In this document: one piece after another, positions 1 through 12,593 of the stretch
How the letters are laid out: each line of letters begins with the position of its first letter
Position numbering within the stretch: position 1 is the first letter of the stretch
DNA from: Spizellomyces punctatus DAOM BR117
Lineage: Eukaryota
Assembly (NCBI GenBank): GCA_000182565.2
Contig: KQ257453.1
Length of the DNA stretch: 64,000 nucleotides
Direction: 5' to 3' (one strand)
Program-made: the position numbers and the translations under genes
The notes under the pieces: generated by a model
The model's database searches: none
What the model saw: the letters and a program-made list of their open reading frames with translations, nothing else
What the model was told of the DNA's origin: nothing

Positions 1-1936
1 TTCATCAACCATTTGGAGGAAAACCATACCTCGGGGGTCAAGTCTCTGACAGAAACATTTCCCACTGATGCCTGACCAAAGCTGTCCACACTGATATTGT
101 TTGTCACCCACCAGCGGGGTAAGTGGCTATTTTTACGACGAATCCAAAGGGTTTTCCACCCGCCATCGGTGTCCTCTCCACCGGTTTCAGTCTTTCCTCG
201 ACGAATGGAGAAGATCCTTTCAATGGGACTGACGCCAGAGTTTCCTCGTCCATTTGCTCGTAATCTCGTCAATGGCCTCACTGGAGCCACCGACTCCCGT
301 TTTTGACGTGGTCCATCATCATCCGCTACTCGGGCAACATTGCGAACGCTGTTTTGCTTGAGCCAGCGGACCGGAGCGGAAAAGACTCGTTTAATCTTTC
401 CCCAATTGATCAACGTTTTGCGATTTGCCTTTTGCTGTTGCTCCTCCCCATACTTAAAATCTCGGGGGATCGTAGAATGTCTATGGGATTGGCTGAGCGT
501 CGTGCCGCCAGCGGCAGGGGCGGAAGCACCTTCAGCGACCGCTACCCAATTACGAGCAGTCCATAGAGCTTCCTCCAGTAGAACTTCTACTGGTGTCACT
601 GTTGAGGGACAGGACTCCCTTGTTGGGGTTAACGGCTGAGGACTATCCCGGTTGGGTGCGTAATTCTCTAGCCATGCATCAGAGTCAAGAAACGGAATCT
701 CCAGTGGTATGCGAGGCAAGGACGGAAGGACATATTTGTTGTAACCGGTGACTTCATATAGTTCAGGTTTTGTGTCATTCTGTAGAGGTGTCCGATTCGG
801 AAGTTCAGGCGGCGATTCATTAGGTATGTTCAACTCCATGGTCGTGAATCTGGAGTCCACAGAAAGATGAGCCATGTACGTTCGTGCAGTCAGCAAGGAC
901 GATTCCGTTTGTGCTGTCTGAATGCCTTTATCCACTTTATCTATATGGTCTGCATTCTCGACAGTACTGGCTGCAGCAAGCTTTTTTGCTGCTGGGTCGG
1001 TAGTACTGAAGTTTGTGGCGTCTTCTTTGGCGCTGTCGTTTTCGATATCAGTATTTGATGGTGGTCTCGACGCTTCGACATGCTCAGAGTCTTTCCTTAG
1101 TAGGTGAACTGGTAGCAGAGGCGTCTGATCTTTCGCAAAAATTGCCGCATGAATCACACTATCGTCGGGCAGTAGTAACTCTTCCTGCTCCATGTCTAAT
1201 TCAGATGCTATAGCCGTCGTTTCTTCCGGTGCAGGATCGACCAGGGGCGCATGTCTGTTACGCTTATGATCAGAATGCCTACGAGTAAGAGTCACCGGCA
1301 TGCTGTCGACGTTAACTGCATCTAAGAGATATGAGATAGAGTCATCAGTTAAGCAGTACATGAAGCACTTACCAGGAAGCGACGCGTCTTGTTCCGCACT
1401 TGCTATCATTATCCCATGGGTTTTTATGGAAGATTGAAGCTCTTCAACGACTGGTGCCCCATATTCATCTAGCACATCACACGCAGTCAAGAACGAATCT
1501 GCGGGACTCGTGCCATAAGGGAGCACGTCCAAGTCCTTAGCACACTGCTGGAGGTGCAGCGCTTTATCAGAAATAATATCCTGCTCAGTGCCTGGGTATT
1601 GGATATTTTCATTGACATGAGTCCTCTCGGTGGAGGTTGTGGAAAGTATGGTCACATCAGCCGCGGAATTGGTACCGTAGGAGGATTGGCCTTGAGCAAC
1701 TCGAGTAAGCACACGGGAGGACTACACAGTCTTGAATGACGTTCACGAAACTTACTTGATCGCAACCAGGTGACGTCCGTGTCAATATGCAGTCCTTTTT
1801 TATTAACCACATTGACAGGACTGTCGCCAATATAAACAATGCCTTCTTGAAATTCATGATCCTCTTCTACGTCGACGGGATCATTTGAGAGCTCCAACTT
1901 GGAGTCTTTTCTGGTGGCCAGCATCGTAGTTGCCAT
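1..1936 (-). CDS. Hypothetical multi-exon low-complexity protein, 3'-partial (runs off the window start)
   Basis: ATG at 1936. GTAAG donors at about 1755 and 1372 with AG acceptors. Spliced exons stay open (e.g. QSSYGTNSAADVTIL..., AVNVDSMPVTLTRRHS...). No recognisable domain. Confidence 0.5.
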
Positions 1937-2779
1937 TCTGAGCTGCCCAGTGAGGAAACAGGTGGTGTGATTAAAGCCGTGTGATTTCCCAAGCAGCTGC
2001 GCCCTTTTGTGCTAACAAACTCAGGTTGGCGCTTCACGTTGAGCTCGCTTGTAAATTTACAAAATGATATGGAATTGAGCATGCAAAATATGAGTTGCAA
2101 CACCTTCGTGGTCTTACCTGTCACAGCACGACCTTCAAAGGCAGGACACGATATTATAAGGTTTCACGTGCGACTGGAGCCGCGAAATCTGCATGAACGG
2201 AACTGCTGCTACCAGCTATGTATTGTTTAACAGGGGTTCCAAAGTTAGCCTTGGTGTTTTCGTCAAGGATTGCTGTTCTCCCGTGCGGTTCTTACCTGGT
2301 CTCTCGCTCTCACAATTCCAACAACTTGCCACACAATGCTCACAATGCACTTGGACCTTGCCTTATATCCCAAGGCTAGTTCCTCAACTTTAAACCCTAG
2401 TGCTATGCTATGGACGACGCTATGGTTTAAAAAACGGCTTTGCTAGATGGGTTAAAAAAGCAGATGGGAAGAAGCAAGGGCCATTTTCACCCTTACGAAG
2501 GGGTTAGGTCATTTGGCCCAATGTAGGTAAATGTAGTGCTTAGCATATGACATAGCTGACCACAAAGCCACGAATGGACGTCAACTGTTGATCAACTCGC
2601 TGCAAAAGAACTGAGCAGAAATATATGCGCCCAACCACCGTGCGAGATGGCACGGAAAAACGTCAAGAACAGCCATAGTCTTTAGGTAAGTGATATTCAT
2701 CGCAAGAGGAGTGTAAAGCTTATATTCAAACTTGTTGTTGTTGCAAGATGGCCAGGAACTGTTAGTCTCGGACGACGAA

Positions 2780-3650
2780 TTACGCTTCCTTGGCCGGAAC
2801 CGACTTGTCATTGATACCCAGTAGCTCAACCTCAAATAGAGATGCATGTTACAAGAGCGAACGCAACGACGAGATATAAAGATGCAGCCCTTACCTCAAA
2901 ATTCAGCGTGGCCAAAGGCGGGATCGGTCCGACGCGGCGTGTTCCGTACCCAGCTTGGTGTGATATGACCAGCTTGGCACGCTCGCCAAGCGACATTGTA
3001 GGAACACTTTCTTCCCATCCTTGAATGATGTCATTATAGTCAGCATACCTGAACGATGCTTAACAGTTTCAGCATGCATACCTGGGATTACTCTGCCTAC
3101 ACCGATCTGGATCTTAATAGGGTCATTGCGATCCCATGAACTGTCAAACTTTGTTCCATCATCGAGCTAGATCAGACTGTCTTTAGAACCTGCTGCGACA
3201 TGAGTCTGTGATCTCTCCATACTCACAGTCCCGGTATCTAAAGGATGGACGAATAGGATTTTGTGTAAATTGCATGAGGTAGACAAACAACTACCGGTGT
3301 TATGCACTTACAATGGATTGTAACAGTGTCGCCCTAACATGAGCATTCATTAATGAGCTGCTTCGTTTTCATAGGACGATCTAGAGGCCTACCTTTTGTG
3401 GATACGTCTTACCGTCTCCCTCTGCCAGTATTTCCTTTGTCCAGTACTTACTATAGTCCTCTGCTGGTGGACTGTCGTTTCGTGGTGGCTCACTTAATCC
3501 GGCTTTCGGTGCAACGAAATACAATGCTAATATAACGGCAAATGCGCCAGTCACCAGCCAAAACATGCGCCTATACGCGCCTGCCTTATTCTTGTCTTTG
3601 GCAGAATGCGTCCTGGGGATCTTGGGACGTGTTGGTTTAGGGGAGGTCAT
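2780..3650 (-). CDS. FKBP-type peptidyl-prolyl isomerase with an N-terminal transmembrane anchor
   Basis: Spliced translation gives EGDGKTYPQK|GDTVTIH|YTGT|LDDGTKFDSSWDRNDPIKIQIGVGRVIP|GWEESVPTMSLGERAKLVISHQAGYG...IPPLATLNFE|VELL, which are canonical FKBP12-fold motifs. Hydrophobic segment FWLVTGAFAVILALYFV. TAA at 2782-2780. Confidence 0.93.
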
Positions 3651-4047
3651 CGTTTCCTTGTAATCGTGTGTTGACAGTTCCTAACAAGAGATCGACTAAA
3701 TGTCCAGCGGTTTCCGGCCTATCTGTAGTGGCGTAGAACTTGCATTGCGCGATGTTAACCAGTCGATAAAGGTGATATATTTATGGACCCACGTCGCTGG
3801 CGCTTCGACGTGAGGATGCAAAGCACTGGAGGGCATCGACCTGATTCAACTGCTGCCAAAAAAACGTCTTTGACAGAGACGACTTACCGCATGGACAGAG
3901 GCATGGGGCGACGATAAGAGTCCTACATGCTGCCTGGGGTTCCTTTGACAGCCAGACCGACACTCTTTCTATAGCCCGATCAAGGAATTCAAAGGACCAC
4001 CAGTTGGGGCACGCCGGGCTTCTACTTTGTGGTCTTTGCCAGTTCAA

Positions 4048-7000
4048 ATGGATTCACAACAACAAACCTCGGGAGGCACACCTGCTGGTAATGCCGCGCC
4101 ACGCTTTAGTCTTCCTGCCGCCGGCCCTCGTCCAAACAAGATAGAACGGCGTCTTTCGCCATTGAACCCGCTTGCAGCATCTCCCTCCGGACTTGCCCCA
4201 ACCTCTCACCCGCTCCCTGCAAAGTCTCTGCATCGTTCAGAGTTTTTAGATCCGCTTGCTGCTAATAAAACCGTTGTCGCATCGCCACCAACCTGCGGAT
4301 CGTTTTTGTCTACCTCCGAACCTCCTCCCATTCCCACTAAATCGAAGCGTCGGACCTTATCTAACATTACAGCAAGCCTGCGAAAGCTAACCAAGAGTTT
4401 TTCTGAGAGTGATGCCCCCGAAAGAGAGACGAATCCATCCTCACCTGTGTCACCAGTCCAGTCCAAACCTCTCCCAGTACCCCCCTCAATGCAATTGCGA
4501 AGGACAAGTCGCTCCTCAGCTACATCGGAGAACAGTGACACTGACAGCTCAGTTTCACCAAAACCTGTTAGTCCCAGTAGTTCTGGAACCTCTCCGGTTC
4601 ACATACCATCCCGGCCGAGGAAAGGATCGTTGTTGGAACATAACGCATGGGGTGGAAGCCTACCTTCCATGTCGTCCTCTAGTCCAAACCGGCCTCTCTT
4701 ATTCCAACGATATGGGTATGCTAACGACAATAGCGGGAATAGTGACATAGTGACCGATCCATGTCCAGCACGATCTGTAGGCTCAATAATGCAACCTCTC
4801 TTTCCTCAGGAAGATGGAGGATTTGAGGAAGGAGAATGGGATGATCCGACAACAATGGTTCCGAAACACTTGCTGATGACCACGGGGTCTCTGCCAGATC
4901 TGCCACGTTGGTCCCGTCAAGCTCTATTGCAGCACCCTCAGCGATCTGACTCTTCAGGATCATCTAGCGTGGTATCGCCTCATGGTCAAAGTGTGCATGT
5001 ACTGAGTACTGCCACCATGGACAGTAAGAAACCCGTTGGAAAAGGCAGGCATCAAAGTTTTAATTTCGGGGTCAAGCCCCTTCATGTCGAAGGTGAAGGG
5101 ACAGCCTCTACCTCTGTACCGCCAATGACTGCGGTGGGACGACCCGGTCGTGCACGAGCAAATTCCGGTGCTCCTAATCTGGCATCACTCGAAAGGAACA
5201 GGGAAACTGAGGTCCGCTCACAAGGCAGTGAAGTGCGCTCATCCAGTGTTTTTAGTGCGTCGGACGTGGATGCTCTCCATGCGCTATTGGATAGATCGCG
5301 ACAAGTTAAAAATTATCGATGGAAGACGTCAGAACCCGTTGCCGTATGGACTTCCTGGACGGAATACACAACCCAGAGTACATTCCATCCAATCCTTCCG
5401 CCGCGCAAAGAATCGCGAGCATCCATGTTTGATTCACCATTGCTACAACCCCTCTCTACAGATGTACGTTCCCCAAGTCCAATGTTTTCGCTGGACGACG
5501 ATGACGCTCCGGATGATGATGGCGCATCTGTCGGCTCGGGATCCACAACAACCTCCCGACGCTCTCGCCCAGAGTCTCCATTCTTTGCTACTGTTCTTGG
5601 CAAGAAGAGGTTGAGCCGCTCTGGAAACCCATTATCAATAAAAACTAGTACGCCAGGTCAAAAGCAATCTTCGGACGTCCGATCCCCATCTTCTTCGCCA
5701 CGAGGAACCGGAGCAGAGTCGCCGATCGTCAGTAGCAATACCTCCCAGCAGGCTGCCGAGGGCCCCACAATGACACGATCACTCAGCGACGGAGATTTGT
5801 CCGAATATCTGAAAGGCTACAGTGAAATGAAGAACTCGTTGCGAATAGCGAAAACTACATGCAATGCCCAAATCCAACGCATTATTGCCGAATTGCATGC
5901 TTTCGTGGAAGGAAGTTTGGAGTATCACGATCGAGCGCCACCACCACTGTCCTTGAATCCTTTCGATAGTGCCAGAGCAAGAGCGGCGTCAACTACGGCG
6001 CTGTTTGGACCGGACAAAGAGAAAGGAAAAGGTTCGCTTATGCACGCACTATCCGAAGGAAACTTGTCCCAATCCTCTGGTGATTGGGATCGTAATACGT
6101 CAAACGCCCAACTTGACTCACAGACATCTTGGGCGTCGGATTTGTCTATAGCTGCCGATGAGGATGCAAAGGAGCCGCCGTTATTGAAGGCTGTCACTGA
6201 ACTGATCGCTATTGCGCAACATATTCTCGAGATGGATTTGGCGCAACTCATGACCCCTGGCGCCTGTCGGGACGCAATCTCTCGAATGATGGCTTTACGG
6301 GCGCTCTGGAGCAGGAACCCCGATTGGGGATGTGGTGAATATGTCATTCGTATGTTGATGGCATTTGCGGACGTGGCGCGAATGGTTGAAAGTTTAGAAG
6401 AGGATACGAGAATGTGGACGTACGTTGCTGCCGGGTCCGTGGCATCTCAAGGGGGACAGCTGGCAGTGACTCAATCACAGATCCAGCCTCGGTCGACATC
6501 CAGACCAGGATCGGGAAGCCGACACATGCGCCCCCCGCTTCTTCGACGCGAGTCACTTTCATCTGGGCTTGGACTCGAATCGAGTGGTGGCGAGGAAGAG
6601 GATGGATACCAATCATTCACCGACAGTGGAGCAGAAGCTAGTGATAGCACGAAGGGGTCCTTAAACCGTCGGCCAAGTGGACGGGGAAGAAGTATCAAAC
6701 CACCGGCTCCTCTCCAACATCAATTTTCACAACCGCAACTGGTGCGACCTCAGGAAAATTGGACTCTGACTGAACTTCGAGCAGCTGCCGGGGAAGCACA
6801 AAGTGTGAACGTGATGATGGAACTCGGATTTGACGGGAGACTGTTGTATGTATCTCCTGTGGTGAAAATGGTTTTCGGATACGATGTGGAGGAAATGGTA
6901 AATGAACTCGATAACTCTCCTCAAAACGGTACACTCCCCTTTCTTCCCCCCGAAAGCTCAGATGCGAATGTTTTCAAAGAGGCCACCGCAATGCTTCAAC

Positions 7001-10000
7001 AAGATGAGAAGGCGGCCATTGAAGTTACATACCGTGCGCGGCGAAAGGATGGGCGATGGCTGGAGATGGAGGGTAAAGGAATGGTAAACTTTGACCGCAC
7101 TACCGGGCAGAAGCGGAGTACGATTTGGGTTACACGACCTGTGGCCTTACTTGGAGAGGAGTGGGATGACGTTGCGGAGAGTAGTGAAGATGGAGAAGAA
7201 AGATTGGGCGGAGAAGAACATCAGCAGAGTCCCGTCGGGATTCACATTGCCAGTATCGACACTGATCGTAATAGCCCCGTAAGAATTCGAAGTTCACCAG
7301 TTTCCTCGCCATCAGTTACAGTCGAGCCCCCAACTCCGCTCTCCAGTAACAACATGTTAAATGCACTTCCGTCTCTTGATCTGGTTCTCTGCAATATATG
7401 CGAGCGCTCAGTGCCAGCGGTTCTTTTCGAAGAACATACTGAATCCTGCAGCGAAGTACATCGGATTGAAATGGATCTGATGTTGGTGAATGACGAGTTG
7501 CGAGACGCTAAAACCCAGTGCTTGGAGCGAATCAGAGTACTTGAGCTGGAGATGACGGGAGATGGCGAGGATGAATGCGAACGGAGACTGTATGAAGAGT
7601 ATGCGAAGCGATTGCTTGGCATCACGCATTCCGTATTAAACGTGATCGAGGATATCCTTGCAATTCCCATACCTGATGCCGTGGATGATGTGTGCGATGA
7701 TCTGGAAGGAGGGGACAGTGGTCAAGAGGATGGGGAAGATGACCGCGTGCTGCTGCGAAATCGAAGTCATCTTATGTTGACCTCGCATGAGTCAAGCTTA
7801 CGACGGCGTTCAAGCGTCACATCCCGCATGCAACAACTTGTGAACTGGAAACCACCGGCAGAGTCTGAATTCTACCCACCGGAAGTTCCTTCGACGTCCA
7901 CACTCTCGGCGCTAAAAGCTCTGGACTATCTTCACACAGACACTAACACTCCACCTGCAATTGATACGGCGATGGTGGGCCTTGGACTGGGTATTTACCA
8001 CCTTGCTACTGACGTTGAGTCGCTTGTCAAATCCAAGTGTGAGGGTTGCGAGAGAATGAGAAGCGTTGTTGGGCGATATAGGGAATTGGCCGTAGAGGAG
8101 GAAGCGATCAAGGTTGAGATTGGGGTGCAGACAGGTACCATCGCCGTTGACGAACGTGATCCCGGAGGGACAGAAGTTGGTGGAGTGTTTGTGCGCGAAG
8201 TTGAGAGTGGAAGTGATGCGGATGAGAAAGGGAAGAACAATAGCCGGAGCACAAATAAGCGTGCGGATGGGCGCCCGTCGAGTGGCGCTCGCTCACCTGG
8301 ATCTAAACGAAAAGACCGGCGAAAGGGACGTCGAAAAAAAGGCAGCGGAAAGGCCGTGGGTAGCCCTGAAGCGCTGAACATTGACACCCATAAGCACGCC
8401 CGTAGTGCCAGTCCCCGCCCGAGAATGGTGGTGAACAAAAATAAAACGTTGCAAGTCGAGTTGATATCCTCACCGATGATTAGCTCGCCGAGGTTAGGGA
8501 GATCAGGCTCGTCTTATTTCGCATCAAGTTTAAATCAGGCGGCTCCGGTGGGCACGTCCATGGGATCGTCTCCATTTAGTGGACAAGCTTCGGGAACGGT
8601 GGGGAATCTGACACCTTCGAGTAGTGCTGCTGGTGGTCCTGGCACACCCCCCTCAGCCAATGCAGCCATTCAGCGCTCTGTGCCAAGTATCAAAGACTTT
8701 GACATTATCAAACCGATATCCAAAGGTGCATTCGGTTCAGTTTACCTAGCCAAGAAACGCCTGACTGGAGACTATTACGCTATCAAAGTCCTCAAAAAGG
8801 CTGACATGGTGGCTAAGAATCAAGTGATGAATATCAAAGCGGAACGGATGATTTTAACACAATTGGACAGCCCGTTTGTTGTTAAACTGTACTTTTCGTT
8901 TCAAAGCCGAGACAATCTTTATCTTGTGATGGAATATCTGAACGGAGGTGATTGTGCTGCTCTCATCAAAGCTGTGGGATGTTTGGATGAGAAGTGGGCT
9001 GGGCAATACATTGCGGAGGTGGTTTTGGGATTGGAGTTTTTGCACAGCAGAGGGATTGTTCATCGGTGGGTGTGATGTTGTGGCCGATCGAGCCAAGGAT
9101 TACACTCTAACACATCTTCTTTAGGGATTTGAAACCGGACAACCTTTTGATTGATCAAGATGGTCACGTAAAATTGACCGACTTTGGTCTCTCTAGGGTC
9201 GGATTTCTTGGTCGTCGTGCGCGAGATTCGTTCTTGAACCCTTCATCAAATTCCTCATCCAACAACACAAACGCCCCCGGCAGTCCGATAATTGGTGCTG
9301 TCCCTACCTACCCAATTTCCACTACCACCCCTACGACACCAACTTTCTCACCATCTTCACCATTCAAACTGGGGGAACATCTGTATGGGGTCTCATCTCC
9401 GTATGCGCTGGGACGGCATAGTCGACGGAGCAGTGTCGCTAGTAATGGCAGTATGGGAAGTGAGAGAGATGAGATTGGAAGTTCTGGTAAGGTTTTTGTG
9501 GGTACACCCGATTATTTGGCTCCGGAAAGTATTTTGGGCTTAGGGCAGGGAACCAGTGTTGATTGGGTATGTTTTGCGCCCTTCTGTTGAAATGAGTCCT
9601 TTCGTTTTTTTGCTGATCTTGCGTTTTGATTGTCGCAGTGGGCTCTCGGTGTAATTTTTTACGAATTTCTCTTCGGGATTCCCCCTTTCCACGCTGCAAC
9701 ACCGTCGCAAGTCTTTGAGAATATTCTTACCCGCCGTATCGACTGGCACGAAGACGACTTCGAGCTATCCCCAGAAGCACGCTGTTTGATGGAAAGTCTA
9801 ATGTGCACCGACATAGAGTCTCGTTTGGGAACCAAAGGTGCCTATGAAGTGAAACGACATGCCTTTTTCCGCGAAATGGATTGGTCCACCGTCATGAAGG
9901 AGGAGGCATCATTCGTCCCCAATACGAAGGGAATGGAGGACACAGATTACTTTGATGATCGAGGCATTTTGGAAGCGGGTATGGATGTGGATGAGGATGA

Positions 10001-11238
10001 GGAGCACAAGGAACCCGCGTTGCATAGTGAGAAGGAAACTGTGAGGCATGAGCATTTGGAGGTTCATGAAGCGGCCGATAACGCCGCTGCGACTCCTCCA
10101 CGCTCCGAAGGGAAGAGTACATCGCATGTCCGGCAGGCGTCTCTCTCTTCGCTTCCTACGGATCGAGACACAGGATTGACAGAATCTGCTCCTGATTTTG
10201 GAGAGTTTGTTTATAAGAACTTGCCCTTATTGGAGAAAGCCAACAACGACTTGGTCCGCAGGTTACGATCCGAGTCCCTGAGTGGCAGTGTCGGGGATGT
10301 TGGGAGATCGAGACATCGCTCTTTGCCTGCGGGTGCGGCCAATCTGGCTGGCTTCAGGTCCCTTGCCACATTAACGAGTTCACCAGCACCTTCGCCTGCG
10401 ACCCTATCTCCGCCAACCGGGCCTCTGTTAGCACCTAAAGGTCGACTTCGAAATCTTTCCTTCAGCGAAGCCCTCCCTCCTCCTGCACCGTATTTGTATC
10501 ATCCTCCAATGCCCAGTCCGCCGCTTACTACAGCGGCTGGCGACACACCTAAAATTTCGAAAGTTCGCCTTGAGGAACACGAGCTGCAGTCACGGAGGAA
10601 TTCACTGCCCAGCAGGCTCAGGGCAAGCAGTTTTGGAACTGGTGCTGGCAATACTGCGGCGAATTCTGGTGGTACTGTAGACACCACCCACCCAGGAGAG
10701 TATTTGCAAAATGCAAAAGAGCAGTTGATGAAGGACAAGAATGTACCACCATTATCCTCTAACGTGTCGTCATCGTCCTTGTTACCATCCCATCGGCAAC
10801 TGGATGTTCTCATTGCTGATGATAACCCCGTCTCGTTGCGGATTCTGGAAAAGATGTTGAGCATGCTCGGTTGTCGATGTGTGATTGTACGGAATGGGGC
10901 GGAAGCCATTCGATGTGCCCTTGGTGAAGTCAAGTTTGACGTTATATTTATGGATATTCGGATGCCTATAGGTATATTTCAAAAGGAATGCTCGGTTATA
11001 TGCTGTTGATTGCGAAACTAATGAGCGTCCTATAGTGGATGGCGAAACTGCCTCGCGCATGATCAAGTCCACAAACAACGTTAACCAAACTACACCAATC
11101 GTGGCCATCACTGCCTATGAGCAGACCTTTCAGTTGAGTCAGGGGTTCGACGATACCATGTCCAAACCTGTTACAAAGGATGTGCTGTGGAAGATCTTGG
11201 TTGCGATAGAGGGGCGTCGGGAAGCGAGTATTATATGA
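4048..11238 (+). CDS. RIM15: Rim15/Cek1/Ppk18 Greatwall-family Ser/Thr kinase (PAS, zinc finger, split kinase, C-terminal receiver domain)
   Basis: PAS-like [14 protein letters not shown]...[17 protein letters not shown]...EEH...C..H zinc finger; [37 protein letters not shown], an insert, then [14 protein letters not shown] domain VLIADDNP...[11 protein letters not shown]. Three introns near 9066, 9567 and 10972. Confidence 0.95.
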
Positions 11239-11464
11239 CAATGATTCTCATGTGGGTTGCGATGATTTCGACCCATTCGTACACAGGATTGGCTTGTTTT
11301 GTTTTTTTCTTTTGTAGACTTTGCTTTGATTTGTATGATAGTTTTCCCCTTTTATTTTCGTCATGTGTAAAGATGACCTTGTATACCCCAGATCTTGTCC
11401 ATCTTGTTCAAAAAGAGTGCTGATATTGTGGTCTATAGTATACATGAAATATCCACCAGATCGC

Positions 11465-12593
11465 CTAATCTTCCCAATCCATTGGTACGACGGGTGGTTC
11501 AGCAGCTATGGGGCCAGACCGCACTGGTCCCAGCTGCTGCGACTGATATGCCGCTGCAATATATAAGGAAGCAGCAAACGTCATAATTCCAGCAGTAAGG
11601 GATGTGGCGGCTGTTGGAATAGTTCCCATCGGCTGTTTGTAAGTGAGATATGAAATACAAGATAAGAGACGGCGATCACGCTAGTGACTAACGAACGACA
11701 ACGTACCGTAAACATCTTAACACCGATAAACAAGGCAACAGAATGAACGATGGCTAACGGAAACGTCACTTCGAGACCAGATCCGACGAAAATGGTCAGG
11801 CCAACATGCAATAGGGTGGAGCCAAAGCTCGCAACAACTTCCGACCACGGAGAAACCTCAAAGGCGGTGCGTCCTTCCATAATCGCCAACTGATTTTTGG
11901 CAAATATTGCACGTTCGTCTTGGCGATAGTAGAGGTTCATCTGTAAAAATATTCATACGCTGTCAGTGCGTACGTCTGTTTGCAGTAGAACGTGTATCTG
12001 AACCTTACTCGAGCTGCCAACCGTCCAACAGAGCCAAGGCATTCCGCTGCCGCCCAACCGAGACCCACTGAATACGCCATCCCATATGTCGCACCGCCAG
12101 GCCATCTATGTAACAGTACCCCTCTGACAATCTCTTCACAAATTCCAGAAGCCAAAGTCACTAGCGTTCCACCTCCCACAGCATTTGGGTTGACTTTTTT
12201 CTCGAGAAACTGAAAAGGAAGGCGAAGGCTCAGTGCAATGTACCAGCCTACTGCACCATAAAGAACGTATTTGAGAACTAATGGAAAGGTTAATACATAG
12301 GTGCTGGGCAGTAGGCGGAAGAGAATGGAAGGGAGGACGAGGGAGAATGCAAAGAATGGGAAAGCCAGACGAGAGGATTTCTGGAGCTGGGATGCCGTCT
12401 GCGGATCTGGGATAACGCCCTGTCGAAGAGATGTCGATGGAGCGGTTTGGGTCCCCACCGGTGGGCTTGGAGGCGACGACGATTTCGTTTGACGGCGAGA
12501 CATGTTGGCCTCGTAGTTATTGTACGAGCGATCTACAATTGAGTTTGGTCCGCCTCTCGGTTTTGCATGACTGTGCAGTAATGAAGACGGCAT
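11465..12593 (-). CDS. YhfC/PrsW-like intramembrane glutamic/metallo-protease family protein
   Basis: Multiple TM helices with the motifs ASGICEEIVR, GLGWAAAE, LLHVGLT and AIVHS, matching the EExxR / GxG..E / H / H pattern of the CPBP-PrsW-YhfC superfamily. Two introns; stop at 11467-11465. Alternative start at 12503. Confidence 0.7.

Noticed and set aside
4206-10933. Many antisense and alternate-frame ORFs inside RIM15 and other genes
   Set aside because: Shadow ORFs of real coding sequence.
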